Both the position numbers and the translations under genes were made by a program. DNA of 63,432 nt, the filler included, from Choristocarpus tenellus KU-1152 (Eukaryota; Protista; Phaeophyceae): assembly GCA_964200185.2 (NCBI GenBank). It is 13 parts of 13 records of this genome, joined end to end, with 100 filler letters (N's around TTAATTAATTAA, not from the genome) between each part and the next. Parts side by side here need not be neighbours in the genome. Positions count along the whole stretch, not along the records: positions 42,595 to 55,912 come from CAXNAD020001527.1; positions 56,013 to 59,022 come from CAXNAD020022959.1; positions 59,123 to 63,432 come from CAXNAD020015178.1; 10 more parts are not named here. One strand, 5' to 3'. The notes under the pieces were generated by a model that was given only the letters and a program-made list of their open reading frames with translations, did not search any database and was not told the DNA's origin. This document shows positions 51,380 to 63,432 of this stretch, one piece after another. The stretch's first letter is position 1. Every line of letters starts with the position of its first letter.

Positions 51380-51870
51380 ATATGGTTGGTTCTCATGTTG
51401 TAGTTGTTGAATTATTGGTTCATTTCTACTATTTCTAAACATATAAAATGAAGTAATGGAATCAGACACCAAAAATGGAAAACAGCAAATAATGAGTTAG
51501 GGTGGAGATACAGGTTGAAGTTGACGTTCTTAGGATTATTGGTGTTTGGGTTTTTTGAATGAGAGATAATAGGTATGTTCCGTCCTACTTCTAATAAACG
51601 TACCTCCATCTAAGACCTACCTACCTTACTATTATGAAGTATTTAATTGAATTTACTAGGTTGATGAACTTGTTATGGGGTCTTACTATAGTACGTATTA
51701 TGTGGTATGCGTTGTTGGCACAGGTTTGTTAGAGCTGATGATTTTCCACATTTAGTTGTAGCACATTTACAGGTTGATTCAGAATTGATAGTAATATAGA
51801 GAGTGAGCAAAGTGTGACATATAGAGCAATGAGTTATTTGTTCTTCACCTGATAATGGTGTGTAACAAAA
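51380..51870 (-). pseudogene. Possible GIY-YIG endonuclease relic of a Penelope-like element
   Basis: ITHCSICHTL...INSESTC...CQQ...YYSKT and FICLEIVE fragments; heavily decayed. Confidence 0.25.
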
Positions 51871-52644
51871 ATAGTTGTAATTATGAGGGAAAAGGGAGAA
51901 TTGTATCCAATTACAGCATAGCAAGTAAGTGGATTGCAATGTGTTTTTTGAACATTCACGAACAATGAAGTCACCTGTGTGAATGAGGGTATGTGTACTT
52001 CTTACTTTTTTGTAGATATTTATATTTTTCTCACAGTGCTATGGCGCTCTGTAACATTGTGAAGTAGGTCTTATCACTGCATTTCTCATGTACTTCTAAG
52101 TTGAGAGTTCATGGTACAAAACAAGTCACTCAACAATCAAAAAAGTTGTGCTTTGCATTCACTCATTGCAGTTGTTCCTCTCCTCTGGTCTCTCCATAGC
52201 ACTTTTGCAAAGTGGACGATACGCGTGGTAAGGTCAAAGAATGTACACTTTGCAAACATGTTGATCGCATTTCCTTGGTCGAGATGAGACAGTAAGTTTT
52301 CACATCAAACAAAGTCTGTCTTGAGTCATGGAACACCATCAGTAGAGAAACCGTTGATTGGGGTGAACTTCTCCTGGGCGGGATGAAACTGCCCAGATCT
52401 AGTACCTTGAAGTTTGTTAGTTATTGGGTTGGGGCCCCGACGGGGAAATTGCAAGCAGAAAGTGGTTTAATCATCCGAAGATAGGAGTATATTGTTTTTT
52501 AGCCCATCCGCCCATCTCGCTACGCTCGCTACTGAACCGTTATTTGCACCAGTTTCTACATCACAATCTTCTCATCGTACTTACTCCTTACTCTTTGGCA
52601 GCTCGGTGGATATTTGCTGTGGTCTTCTCGAAAGAGTTCGAATC

Positions 52645-55449
52645 ATGATCTCTCGAAGATTCTTAGTGGGTACTGCTGGATGGATGCTGTTGATAGTGAC
52701 TCCTGCACTACATGGCTTCGTGGTCGCACCAACGAGCATTCAACAGAAAAATGGATTGCAACCACTTCAGCGGCAGATTTCGAGAACTTCAAAATCTTAT
52801 GACAAGGTGCCAGGGCTCTTGTCGTTCGCTCCTTCGCGTCACCTTGGCGCATGTGATATTTTGATGGGCACTTCTGGCGATGTAGGAATTTCCCAAGCCT
52901 ACACCCTTTATTAGCCCTTATGAATCCTTTTCCTTTGTCGTTATGGCTGTGTCTATCAGTTCTTTGCATTGTGGGTCAGGCCTGCTAATGAACCCACCTT
53001 TGCCCTTAGTGCCCTCACCACCCTTGGGTGTTTTCGCTTTGACACGTTGTGTCGCCCCCTTTTCAGGTTCTGATTAGCGAACCATCAACTTGGCCCACGT
53101 TGGTAGTCACCGCGATGCCTGCCCCCGATGCGCCAACCGAACTTCCAAGGTCGCCAAAGGAGGACGTGTTATACGGGGAGACGAACGCGAGATCGGTGGC
53201 TAAAGCGCTCATATGGCGAATCACCGCAGCTTTTGTCACTCTTGTAAGTATCCAAAGTGTTGGCGTTTGGTGGAAGGATAAAGAAGCTCAATGATTTGAA
53301 GGTTTGGGGTGTATGAGTGAAGGGTTCTTCGTCAAATGTCTTCCCCCCACCTTGATGCCATCCTTTCTCGAATAGAAACAAGACAAGTTACTTTCTTTTT
53401 TCTAGTCTTTTGGTAATTTTCGTCCTCTCTTTGCTGGTCACCCCAATCTCCTCTCATCATACCTAGCAACGCCACATCCTTTTTGAACTATATTCAAACA
53501 TGCTTTTTTTGTGGAAGTGCTCATCACTGCCGTCATCCCATCCTATACAGGTATCTGGTTTGGTTTTTTCAGGCAGTGTCAAGACAGCAATGAGCATTGT
53601 GGGCTCAGATTTTGTCAGCAAGAGCGGCTTTATGTTTATTGGAGAACGTGTCTGGAATAAGGTGCTTTACTGTTTTCTTTTTTTGCTGGTATAAAATATG
53701 AGGAGATGGGGTTGATGTTGGATTCATATATGGGATGTAGATGCAATGACCAACATACCACCTCATGAACTGATAGTACTGTTGGGCCATTTTGATGTGA
53801 ACATTAACTTAATGCGTCTTTGCCAAGGAACAAAAATTTTGACTTTGGTGTATCAAAGCATTCTGTCTGATAGGGGGAGATTCCTGTATATATCAAGCGA
53901 TAAAATGAAACGTTGTAGGACAAACAGCATCTCCCTTCCTCCTCCACAGTCCCTCCTTGCCTTCAATCTACCTCGTCGCTCCTAACACCCCATAACTTAG
54001 GTGAAGTGGGGGCAGAATAAGCAGGGGGACAGTAACGAGCGCTCATTGGCCAAGGCTGTTCTTTGGCGAGTCTTTGCTGCTGCAAACACCCTGATCTGTG
54101 GGACATTCCTGGCGAAGGACTTTAGCGTTGCTTCCAAAATCGCTGGAAGTGACACGTTCTTCAAGACGGTGAGGGTCAATCTTTATGATATCAAGTATGT
54201 TCTTCGGGAGGTTTTTGCTTCTAGGAACTGATTTGTTGCAAAGATTGACGGTGTTGAGTGGGAGAAACGCCTGCTGCTCTTGAAAGAGTACTGGAAGGGG
54301 TTGTGCATTGTGAGTTGAAGTGTTTGCCAATCCCAAGACCCAAATTCATGTCCTGGGAAAGCCTTTTGTGTACTTGCGTTTTTTTTCCATGCTTTGACTG
54401 TTGGGGCTGCAGGAGCAACAACACTGGCACCCTAACTTATCAATACAAAGGAGTAGAGCAGGGGGCAGCAATGGTAAAGTTGATGGCACCCTTGAATATG
54501 TCTGTATGCCCGGTTCGACAGACCTAATTGGGTTGTAATATATTGCTTGCCTTTCAAGGCCTTCAAGACTTTAAATTAGGCAAATTTCAAGGCTTACAGT
54601 TCTTCTATTTACCATTCAGTATCACACATCTACAAAAATCAATGGAATTGTTTGCGCATAGTGGTTTGCCCCCCTTGAAGGCTGTTGAACTGAGCAATGA
54701 CATGTACCTGATGAAAACAGCACTAGTAACAGGCACTCAAGACTTTTGTCATTGCTGGAGTATGTGCCAACTTTCTTGTACGGGAGGTGGGCAATACTCA
54801 TCCCACCCATGCGTCTTTGCTTGTCTCACCACTCCCATGTGGATCCACATTGATGCAAATATGCTATAGCTGCCTCCCCTGTTGGTTTCAATGCTCTATG
54901 TGTTCGATGGTGTGTTACTGAGAATGTGAGAGTGATACGTTGTTGTGCATTGGTGGGCCAATGTAGGTAGGGTCGGCACCTCTATAATTGTGTGGGAGAG
55001 TTCTGTGCACCCTGATATGGTATGTCTGTCAAGCTTGAATGAGACTACGACCTCAAATGTGACTAACTACCTTGAACCTGTAAGATATGTGTGCCAAAAC
55101 AATGTTACACTTACACACCAAGAGAGGCTGTTGTATTGGAACAATCTTACCCCAAGATCCCCCCCCCATCCTCCCTTGACCACCTCTTTCCATCAAGGCG
55201 ATCATTAAATGATCTGTCTACGCTTTTTGTTGAGATTATCCTTCCGGTATAGATACCACTATCCACTACATCTTTATCGACACAAATGAATAGTGACTTC
55301 ATGACGTTGCTCTCTGTTCCTTCCCTCTTCCTCTCTCCTCCCCCCCCCCCCTGCCAAAACTACACTCGAAGGGACTGTTTTTCCTGAATGAGCGCATCTG
55401 GAACAGCATCAAGTGGGGCAGGAAATACGAGCCAGAATACTTCATCTGA
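52645..55449 (+). CDS. Plastid-targeted membrane protein with two tandem DUF2061-like domains; exons 52645-52806, 53067-53243, 53551-53661, 54001-54168, 55372-55449
   Basis: Signal peptide ending ALHG-F plus a S/T/Q/R-rich transit region. Two repeats of RSxAKAxxWR...ERxWNxxKWG. All junctions phase 0; stop at 55447-55449. Confidence 0.85.
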
Positions 55450-57095
55450 TTTGACAACATGCATAAATGCACATGTTTGGAACTCCTTCAATATGCCGTA
55501 CAATGAAGGGGGGGTGGAAGTATAGACCAGGGTGTTGAGAGGCCTACAGAATTGGAATGTGTAGTCATAAGCATTGCACTTACCCAGTTGAGTAATGAGA
55601 ATGCAAGGCCTAGATTGTTGTGGGGTTGGGGCGGTGGGGAGTATCAGGCCAGGTGGGGAATCTGACTTGTCTCCAGCATTGGCTGGTTGTGACAAAGACC
55701 ATCTCTTGCATTTTTAACATGTTAGGTCTGGAAAGGGAATGCACATACTGATACCTTCCTGCAGCTTTGGGGAATATACCCCACATTATATGTGTGAGGC
55801 AATGTGTTGGGGGATTGCGCTGGAATATTTTGCCTGTATGTGTGATGAGGTGGGGTGGGGGGTGGGGGGGGGGGGGAGAGACATTTCTCTTTTTGTCTTT
55901 TGTCCTCCCTGGNNNNNNNNNNNNNNNNNNNNNNNNNNNNNNNNNNNNNNNNNNNNTTAATTAATTAANNNNNNNNNNNNNNNNNNNNNNNNNNNNNNNN
56001 NNNNNNNNNNNNCCCCCTCCTCCCAGCCCGCCCCCCCATCTGCAACAATTGACTTGGTTCCAGTTTTACAATGCCTCTGTTCCAAGGGTTAGTACTTAGG
56101 CTGTGAGTTTAAACTACTGCTGGGTTCAGATGGATAAGGGTTTTGAGGGTATGCACTTTTACCTCACAGCAACTTGCCAGACTACTTGCTTAACAAATTC
56201 ATGACAAACAGTTGGAAATGAGGTTGGTGATAGCGATCAAGTTGTGGAGCTAGCATCTGCAGTATTGTGGAACTACACCCAAGCAAGGTTAAAGGGTATC
56301 TCAAGAACAGGCTATCAAGAAAATTGTTCCACCATTGAGGTCATTCAGGACCAAATGGCCTGGACGAATCCATTTCATTCCAAACGACTCAAGAGAACTA
56401 AAGGTTAACACAAGCAAAAGTAACTCAAAATGAAGTATTCAGAACAAAACTATCAACTTGAAACTTTGTAAAAAGGAAAGCACCACTCCAACTGAACAAT
56501 GGGCCAATGTACCAACACTCTCTGTTGACACTACCTATGATTGGTGTACAATCATAGGTAGTGTCATGATACATCAGTCCCAGAGTAGGAAGCATCAAAG
56601 CTCTCAATAAAAAAAAGTACTCTAGAAAAGAAAATACGCTCTAATATTTCATAGTTCGATAGTGTTGTTTGGACGCATAATTCTGATTTCTTCTTAAGCG
56701 AGCCATTTGACCCATTTTGGTCCAGGTTAGACTACCTTCCGGCCATTGAACACAGCCTTAGGAGTCACTGCAGGGTGAAGGACGTGACTAAGCTTGGCTA
56801 TACACCTGTCTAGTGTAGGATTGTGAAAAAAAGGCATGCATCCAGAATTTTAACCTTAATAACCTTATTAACCATATTAACACACTGATCTCAAAACGTA
56901 AAGTGAGCAACAGGTACTATAGATAACCCTTTTCCAAAACTTCGGTTGAGTTTCAACCTGTGTGACTGGAAACAGTGGTGTCAACCTGGCAAAAGTGAGT
57001 ATTTATTTGAGTTCCTGAACAAAACACAGAAATGAGAATGGCAGTATTTTCAATGTGCACAGGTAACCAATGGGTTTGGTAGGAGCTTTTCTTAC

Positions 57096-58893
57096 GTGTC
57101 AATGCGCTTGGAGAGGGTAGTGATGACTGTAGACCTAGCAGGCATGTTTATTCCAGCCGCCAGTGTCTCAGTAGCAAATACAACCTGTGAAGAGTTGGTT
57201 TGGATGCAAGATGCATGTGGGCCAAAGGTGAAAAGTATGGTTGCAAATCGAGAATGGAGTAATTGGAATTAAGGATTGAATAGGTGCAGCAGGTTTGGCA
57301 TTAAGGGAGATTGAAGATACAAAAATTCAACTGATGCACTGATGTAGGGCCCCCATAAAAACAGTTATCACATCACATGAGGTAGTGCCAAGCAAACTGT
57401 TCATATATATTTGTGACAAAAAGCCTATCATCAATTTTGCATAAGCTCGAAGTATGATAGAACTGAACCCCAACACACATTGACACAGTAGTGCATCCAA
57501 TCGAAAAAAGGAAATAACAAACATATTGAAGAGGCTCAAACCCCACCACAAGGGCTATAGACATTATAAAGAAGAGCTATGTACATCCTGTAAGAGCTTC
57601 AACTAAAGTATCAATTTATACCTTTGTAAATTAACCTAGACCCAAATGTGTCATGTCTTGTCATATCAAATGTACCAGTGGTCTCTCTTGTCACACTCTT
57701 AAAGGTCATATTCGGTTACTTGGTGCACAGTCATTACCTCAGTAACTCAATCCTAACCAACCTAAACTTAATCAAAACTCACTATCCAATCATTTTGTGA
57801 GGAAAGCTCCAATGTTTGTGAAATACTTCAAGTGTGTAAGAACTCCACCGCTATCACTACCTGTTACATCGATTAGGTTTCCACCAACTACAATATTTGC
57901 AATATATCCTAGTGTCCCCCTGTGAATTAATATTGAGAGGGCATGACAGTGCACTTTCAAGTGATGACAAACTCCTTAACTTTGCAGTACATTTGTGATA
58001 ATATCTCCAATTAAAAGTTCAGGTTAAGACAAATTTGCCTAGCCCCCAGCCATACCTCCACCTTTTTACTATGTGGTCTGATTACCTTGTTCTACGTTTA
58101 TCCACTCACTAGGTCTTTCATCTAATCTGTAGCCTCAAATATAACATCGACCTGACTACACCCGACAGCCCTGACTATGTGTGATACCTTGGGGGTTTCT
58201 CACCTTCACCAGTGACTCAGCAAATAGGTCCTCCACAAATGTCTTGAACACAGGCAGGAGACCTTTAGCAAGGTGAGGGTCAACGCCATCAGGTCATCTT
58301 TTTTTTACTCTTTGGTTGCTAAAACAAATTTAATCGCTTCACACTAACACTCTGTGGCAGGCACAGGTTGAAGGGTCATGATTGCATTGCACCAAAGCTA
58401 CATAAACCGTTTTATAGTAAGATAATATAGCTGGTAGGTTCTTAGATATAAAAGAAGTCAAGGTCACTAACATCCCAAAAGGTCCACAAAAGCCACAAGA
58501 ACTATGGATGGCCCTACAGACTTTACCTCAACTAATGTATCACTGAAGTCAAACAAGGTTAGGGTACTGGCAAATCTTCAGGAAGGCAAATGCTTCCTCC
58601 ACCAATGAGGCATTTAGGGTTAGGGTTAGGGTTGTACAAGGCAAGCATAAAAAAGGCATCAAAGGAAATTTCACCCTACCCTATGTCTTGGTACCTTTGA
58701 CTTTTTTTTCATATATATTCCTTGAGTCAACACTTTTACCAAGCTGGGTAAGAGCTAGGAGGGCTTGCTAATCACTAAGTCCCATAAGGTATGAAGAGAA
58801 ACAAAGGATGGTAGGGTACAACAGACTCTCACCAGCATGATGTGTGGAGATACCTTGTGCAAGAAGCCTTGCCCACTTCTCCGGAATAGGTAC
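57096..58893 (-). CDS. Ski2-like DExH RNA helicase, ISE2/HelY-type, internal exons 58893-58833, 58262-58204, 57184-57096
   Basis: Spliced peptide LLAQGISTHHAG|LLPVFKTFVEDLFAESLVK|VVFATETLAAGINMPARSTVITTLSKR; the exons are too short to appear in the ORF track. Confidence 0.9.
58615..58633 (+). repeat. Interstitial telomere-type (TTAGGG)3; shorter ones near 12578 and 59671
   Basis: TTAGGGTTAGGGTTAGGGT read directly. Confidence 0.6.
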
Positions 58894-58992
58894 CTAGAGA
58901 GAGTAGAAAATGTTTAGTCTTGTAGATAGTGGTCTTGTTGTCACTGTGACCCTACAGAGTGTCATCGTAGATCAGTGGCAAAGGTCAGCAAT

Positions 58993-59022
58993 GAACCAAA
59001 GTATCTGTGGGGGGGGGGAGGG
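58993..59022 (+). mobile_element. MITE family A left end at contig end
   Basis: GAACCAAAGTATCTG followed by a G-tract. Confidence 0.7.
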
Positions 59023-59710
59023 NNNNNNNNNNNNNNNNNNNNNNNNNNNNNNNNNNNNNNNNNNNNTTAATTAATTAANNNNNNNNNNNNNNNNNNNNNN
59101 NNNNNNNNNNNNNNNNNNNNNNGTTTTACTGAGAAAAAAAAAAACTTCACGGTTCATTTTTTTATTTTTGTACTGTGTGTAGTTTAGTTCCTGTATGTAC
59201 TTTTGATACTGTAGTGGTAGTGATCAACAGTCATGAGTATGTACTGTACAAGGTCCTCTGAGAGGCTTACTACTACTACTTACCTTACCTTAACTTACCT
59301 TACCTCCACTGTATTTGATGTGGCCACTACTGCTTGTGGGTTTTTTTTTCATTTTTTATTCTCACCGCTGTTGAAGTTTTTTAAAAGATAGGGGTAGGGT
59401 TAGGATTAGTTTGGTCTTTGCTGAGGTGGGCTTCCTGCCAGTGCTGTTGTTTCTTTGGATAAAGAGTTGGTATTACGTCAGAAGGCATTACACATCCAGA
59501 TGGAATGTTCTCTGTTTTATTCTCCTTGGGTTCCCCCCTACTTTGTGCTCCTTGGTGAAGAGGTTGGGAAATGCAGGAGAAAGATGTAGACAAAGTGGTA
59601 TACATTTGAATGTATGTGAATGATACGATATTCCCCTAAACTGAAGTTTTGTTAGAAGTGATAAGCAGCAGCCCTAACCCTAACCCAGCAACTCCTACTT
59701 GGTGTTACAG

Positions 59711-60863
59711 TTTGGCACAGCCTATGCAGCTTCTGAATGTGTGAAGCTGATGGATGGTCGTTTCTTTGGGGGAAGAAAGCTGAGGTGTACCTTCTGGGAT
59801 GGGGTGACAAACTATACAGTCAAGGAGGATGACACAGAAGAGGTACAGGGCATGCAGCATGCCTGCCATGCTGTAGGAACAACATCTTACCTCTGCATAT
59901 GTATTTTTATTTGCCATACAATGTTGGGTAGGGTGCTTTTAAGTTGTAACCTTATAACCCTTCAGCTATTCTGGAGTATATCTGCCATGGAACAGACTAG
60001 TAGTGGATGTCAGAGAGGCATTGGTTTAGAGCAAGGCCATTTCTGTGAAGTGAGAAAAGGAATCAAAACAAGTATACATTATTTGACAGCTGTTAACACC
60101 AAATCGGAAGGACAAGAATTGAACTGTCCTTCTCATTCTTCGATTTGGCTGAATCGTGCCCCCCTGTCCTCCCTGACCAATGAGAAGGTGAGTTCTGTTC
60201 TGTCTAAACCTTCCGATTTGATTCATGGAACAGATTTTTTTGTTTTGTTCTGGTGATCAATTGAGAAACGGTCAGAGAAGGGAACTACACCGCCTATCAA
60301 GTAGTAGGAACAGGATTAGTGCTAGTAATTGTCGGGAGGGGGTGCAGTGGCTTACCAAGAGATGTACTCTGACCAAGCCGAGTGAGGTTTTCGATCGCCT
60401 GTGTAAGGCGAGCCACCGGGGGTACAGATTCTGCTCTTGTGATGCAACAGTTACCCTCAAGAGACACTGAAGTGCCCATGGTGCTGAAAATTCTGCACGA
60501 TATGGAGTTGTGATCTGAGCAATAAAGGATCGGCAAGTAAGTGAGACTACTCTACTGAGGTAACATTTTGATCTCAGGAGACTTTCACCTGGAGAAGGCG
60601 ATGATATGCTTGGTTATCTCGACTGATGCCTCTGGAGTAGTCTTTAGCTGACAATTGGCACGTAGGTGTGGAAAGCATGCGTGTGTTCATCTTCTCCATT
60701 GCACTCAGGAAGTTAGTTGTTAACTAACATCTTGCATCTCACCCCCGGGTTGTTTCTCTCAACCTCTTCCTGGCACGCCTCCCAGGTTCAGCGATTGGAT
60801 GCATTTGGTGATTGGTTAGATGATCAGGAGCTTCCAGAAGAGCTTCGCCTGCGAACAGAGTGA
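59711..60863 (+). CDS. HTATSF1: HTATSF1/Cus2 (U2 snRNP-associated UHM protein), last two exons 59711-59842, 60786-60863
   Basis: CVKLMDGRFFGGRKLRCTFWDGVTNY (UHM C-terminus) spliced to QRLDAFGDWL...ELPEELRLRTE*. Confidence 0.88.
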
Positions 60864-61571
60864 TGCGACGAGTCACTTGTGTGCACATCTGCACCGAGAA
60901 GAGGAGACCACAGGCCCCTTACAGATAATACACAGTTTTTGTTAGAGATGGAAGGCGTACATGGTGCACCAGCGAAATGAGTAGTGCAACTCTCATCTTG
61001 TGTTTTTGTTTTGTGAGTGTTCAGAACTGTAGTTTGAAGCAGGGTGGTGCTGTGGGCCTGCAGAGGAGGGGATGGATCTACGGCAACAGGTGGTGTGGGA
61101 GGTATTAGAGAGTCTGACGACCCTGTGCATATAGTGGGCGTTTTGAGGGTCCAAGATGCAGGAGGACCGTCATCACAGTAGTATATGGTTTTGGCACACC
61201 TCTCGTATGCTGTCATTGACCAAAGCAAGACGGTGTTCTTAGAGGTGGAGGAGAGCACTTTTCCGAGTATGTCAGTACTACATCCGTTGGTTGTTTCATG
61301 CACAAGTTTGAATAGTTTGAATAGTACATCTAGTACAGGTGGTAGTACTAGTAGTCCAGGACACTCCATGTGTTGATCACGCATCAGGACACATATGATT
61401 ACATGTATCGTGGCTGGCAAGGAGCTTTTGGCAGCTAATCCGGCTACAAACTTGGGCTCACCTATCTGTTCTTTTTGCCCGCTTTTCATTGATGGAGCTT
61501 ACCTCACCCACAATAAACTGGTCTTGCTCAACAAGAAGAGCCCCAACATTATAAATATGTTGTGTATTTAT

Positions 61572-61749
61572 GACCCAAAGTATCTGGGGGGGGGGGGTGT
61601 CTACACAAGGGTGTCCATTTGGACCAGAATCGGGAAAAGTGCATTTGCATTATCCATCCGACGTATGGCAATCAAATCACCAAAAAATCGCGATATAAAA
61701 AATTGACCCCAAATGGACAGCCCCCACCCCCTCCCAGATACTTTGAGCC
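61572..61749 (+). mobile_element. MITE family A (178 bp), complete, TSD TTAT
   Basis: GACCCAAAGTATCTGGG / CCCAGATACTTTGAGCC with TTAT on both flanks. Confidence 0.92.
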
Positions 61750-63408
61750 TTATCATTGTCAAGAATGTCTTGTGGATGACCCTGGCTCTATGCAGCAGTG
61801 CAGCAGGATTCTTTCTACATTGTTTCAACCTACCCGAACTCCCGTGCCCAAGGTAACCTTTTTATTAGTTGTGCACGGAAACTTCCAAGTATGCCTTAAA
61901 ATCTTTGTTAGTTGCGGAAAATAGGATCTGAAGTGGGTCCGCGAAGGCTGACGAAAACCCACCAAATGAACCGCACATTTTGGAAGGGTCGGAAAGACCA
62001 GGGTCCTTACAACTTGAATTGTTCCACTCCCTCGTGAATTCTTCAGCAGTCACCAGTACGAGAGTAGGTAGGAGGGGTTAGATAGGACGCTTGAACGTAA
62101 ATCGGAACCACATAACGGATCAGCTAACAATGAAGGAAAAAATATGGAGGTCATTATTTACTTGCATGTTTTCCCGATATGATCTATGATGCTACAGCAC
62201 ACGCCAGTTCCTCTACTATTGAGGTGGGGTTTTGGTCAAGTTTCGTGCAATGCCAATCGGTCATTGACTTGGATTACTTGGCTTCAATAACCACACAAAC
62301 ATGCATATATACGTACATTGTTATGCCATTTCCTCACAATTACTACTGTACAACAATAATGATATAATGTGGGTGCAAGAAGCAACCAACAAGCAGCATT
62401 AGCATGGGACAACCAATTTAGAGACAATACCAATCACACAATGGGCTGTATGGCGCATGGTCAAAATGTAGGGATTGTGAAGAGTGTATTTGTGGGAAAA
62501 TCAGCTATACAATGAATACAAAGGATAGAGAAAATGATGAAACCAAGGGTCAGGCACGACCTATAGACATTACTCACAATGTAGGATCAACACAGCTGGG
62601 ACAGGGTGTTCTCAATTCCCAACGCTTCAAGCATCACCGATATCCCACGGGGAGAACAAAAAGAGTAACAAAATAAAAACATAACAATGATGACAATTTA
62701 GAACACCATCATCTTGTGCCCACTTCTGCTTGGCTGCTTTTGCAGGGCAAAACTCAGGTATCGCGGCCTTTTTGGCATGGAAACTATTCCTCAGTACCTT
62801 TATTCCTCGACCACAAACGCGTAGCACCTATGTCGATTCTCTTCCCTTCGTTAGACGCCATCCTTCAACCATAATCCTAGGCTAACTGCTGAAAATAACA
62901 TCACAGACACACCTGTTAACCATTACTTCCTCTGCCCACCTGCTTCGGTTCGGTCTTCCATCTGGAATATTTGTTGGTTCGAAGTAGTGGTCCTTATCAT
63001 TACTATATTTTGTTCTTCGCCACATTACTCTGAGGGGTCCCAGATCCCTGGTCGACAGGTAGTCAGAAGAACGTAACACGTACATAAACGAAGTGAAGTT
63101 TTCCAATCATAAATGTCTAGTGCTGTAATTGCGATGCATTAGGAAGCCGTCTGTCTTGGGTTTCAAACGTGCTGCGGCAATTACTGATGATGTAACAAGT
63201 AGTAGATCTTGTTATTGTAACCAGCAAAAACAACCAATGATATTACCTCTATTATTATTTTAGTTTTCGTTGTGTTCTGTTGCATGTTGCTTCTGTCTGA
63301 CTCATCACAACATCTATCTGCAAAATGCTACGAGGTATAACACTACTATAACTACTTCGTAGTATACACACCCTATTAACATACAGGTCCCAAGTGTTCA
63401 GTGGTAGT

Positions 63409-63432
63409 GACCCAAAGTATCTGGGAGGGGGG
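63409..63432 (+). mobile_element. MITE family A end at window end
   Basis: GACCCAAAGTATCTGGGAGGGGG. Confidence 0.75.

Noticed and set aside
56735-56810. Possible helicase motif VI exon (SMAGR)
   Set aside because: In-frame stop just upstream, no LQMAGRAGRRG and no phase-compatible acceptor.
60824-61489. 221-aa minus-strand ORF
   Set aside because: No recognisable motifs; it overlaps the HTATSF1 last exon and 3' region antisense and is likely spurious.

Overview
This window is not a continuous locus. It is 13 short contigs joined by artificial 100-bp spacers (44 N + TTAATTAATTAA + 44 N), so adjacency across spacers has no biological meaning. The DNA is from an intron-rich eukaryote, most likely a photosynthetic stramenopile such as a brown alga or relative (inferred from a bipartite plastid-targeting presequence, long GT-AG introns and interstitial TTAGGG). 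Genes I could splice by hand: a Sulfotransfer_2-type sulfotransferase with a Cys-rich module, the 3' end of SYF1/XAB2, a partial cytochrome P450, an AGFG-type ArfGAP head-to-head with a GAR1-like gene, a divergent actin-related protein, a degenerate PLOD-type glycosyltransferase-domain protein, a plastid-targeted tandem DUF2061 protein, part of an ISE2/HelY-like DExH helicase and the 3' end of HTATSF1/Cus2. Mobile DNA is abundant: a decayed Ty3/Gypsy pol, a gag fragment, two copies of a ~1.1-kb Tc1/mariner-like deletion derivative, an intron-containing Sola-like transposase pseudogene, two MITE families with Sola-like ends and 4-bp target duplications (about 14 full or partial copies), and three Penelope-like remnants carrying tandem hairpin arrays, one followed by a degenerate hammerhead-like motif. 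The best candidates for undescribed systems are the Sola-like transposase/MITE set and the Penelope-like hairpin arrays. All family assignments come from motif recognition by eye; no searches were run.
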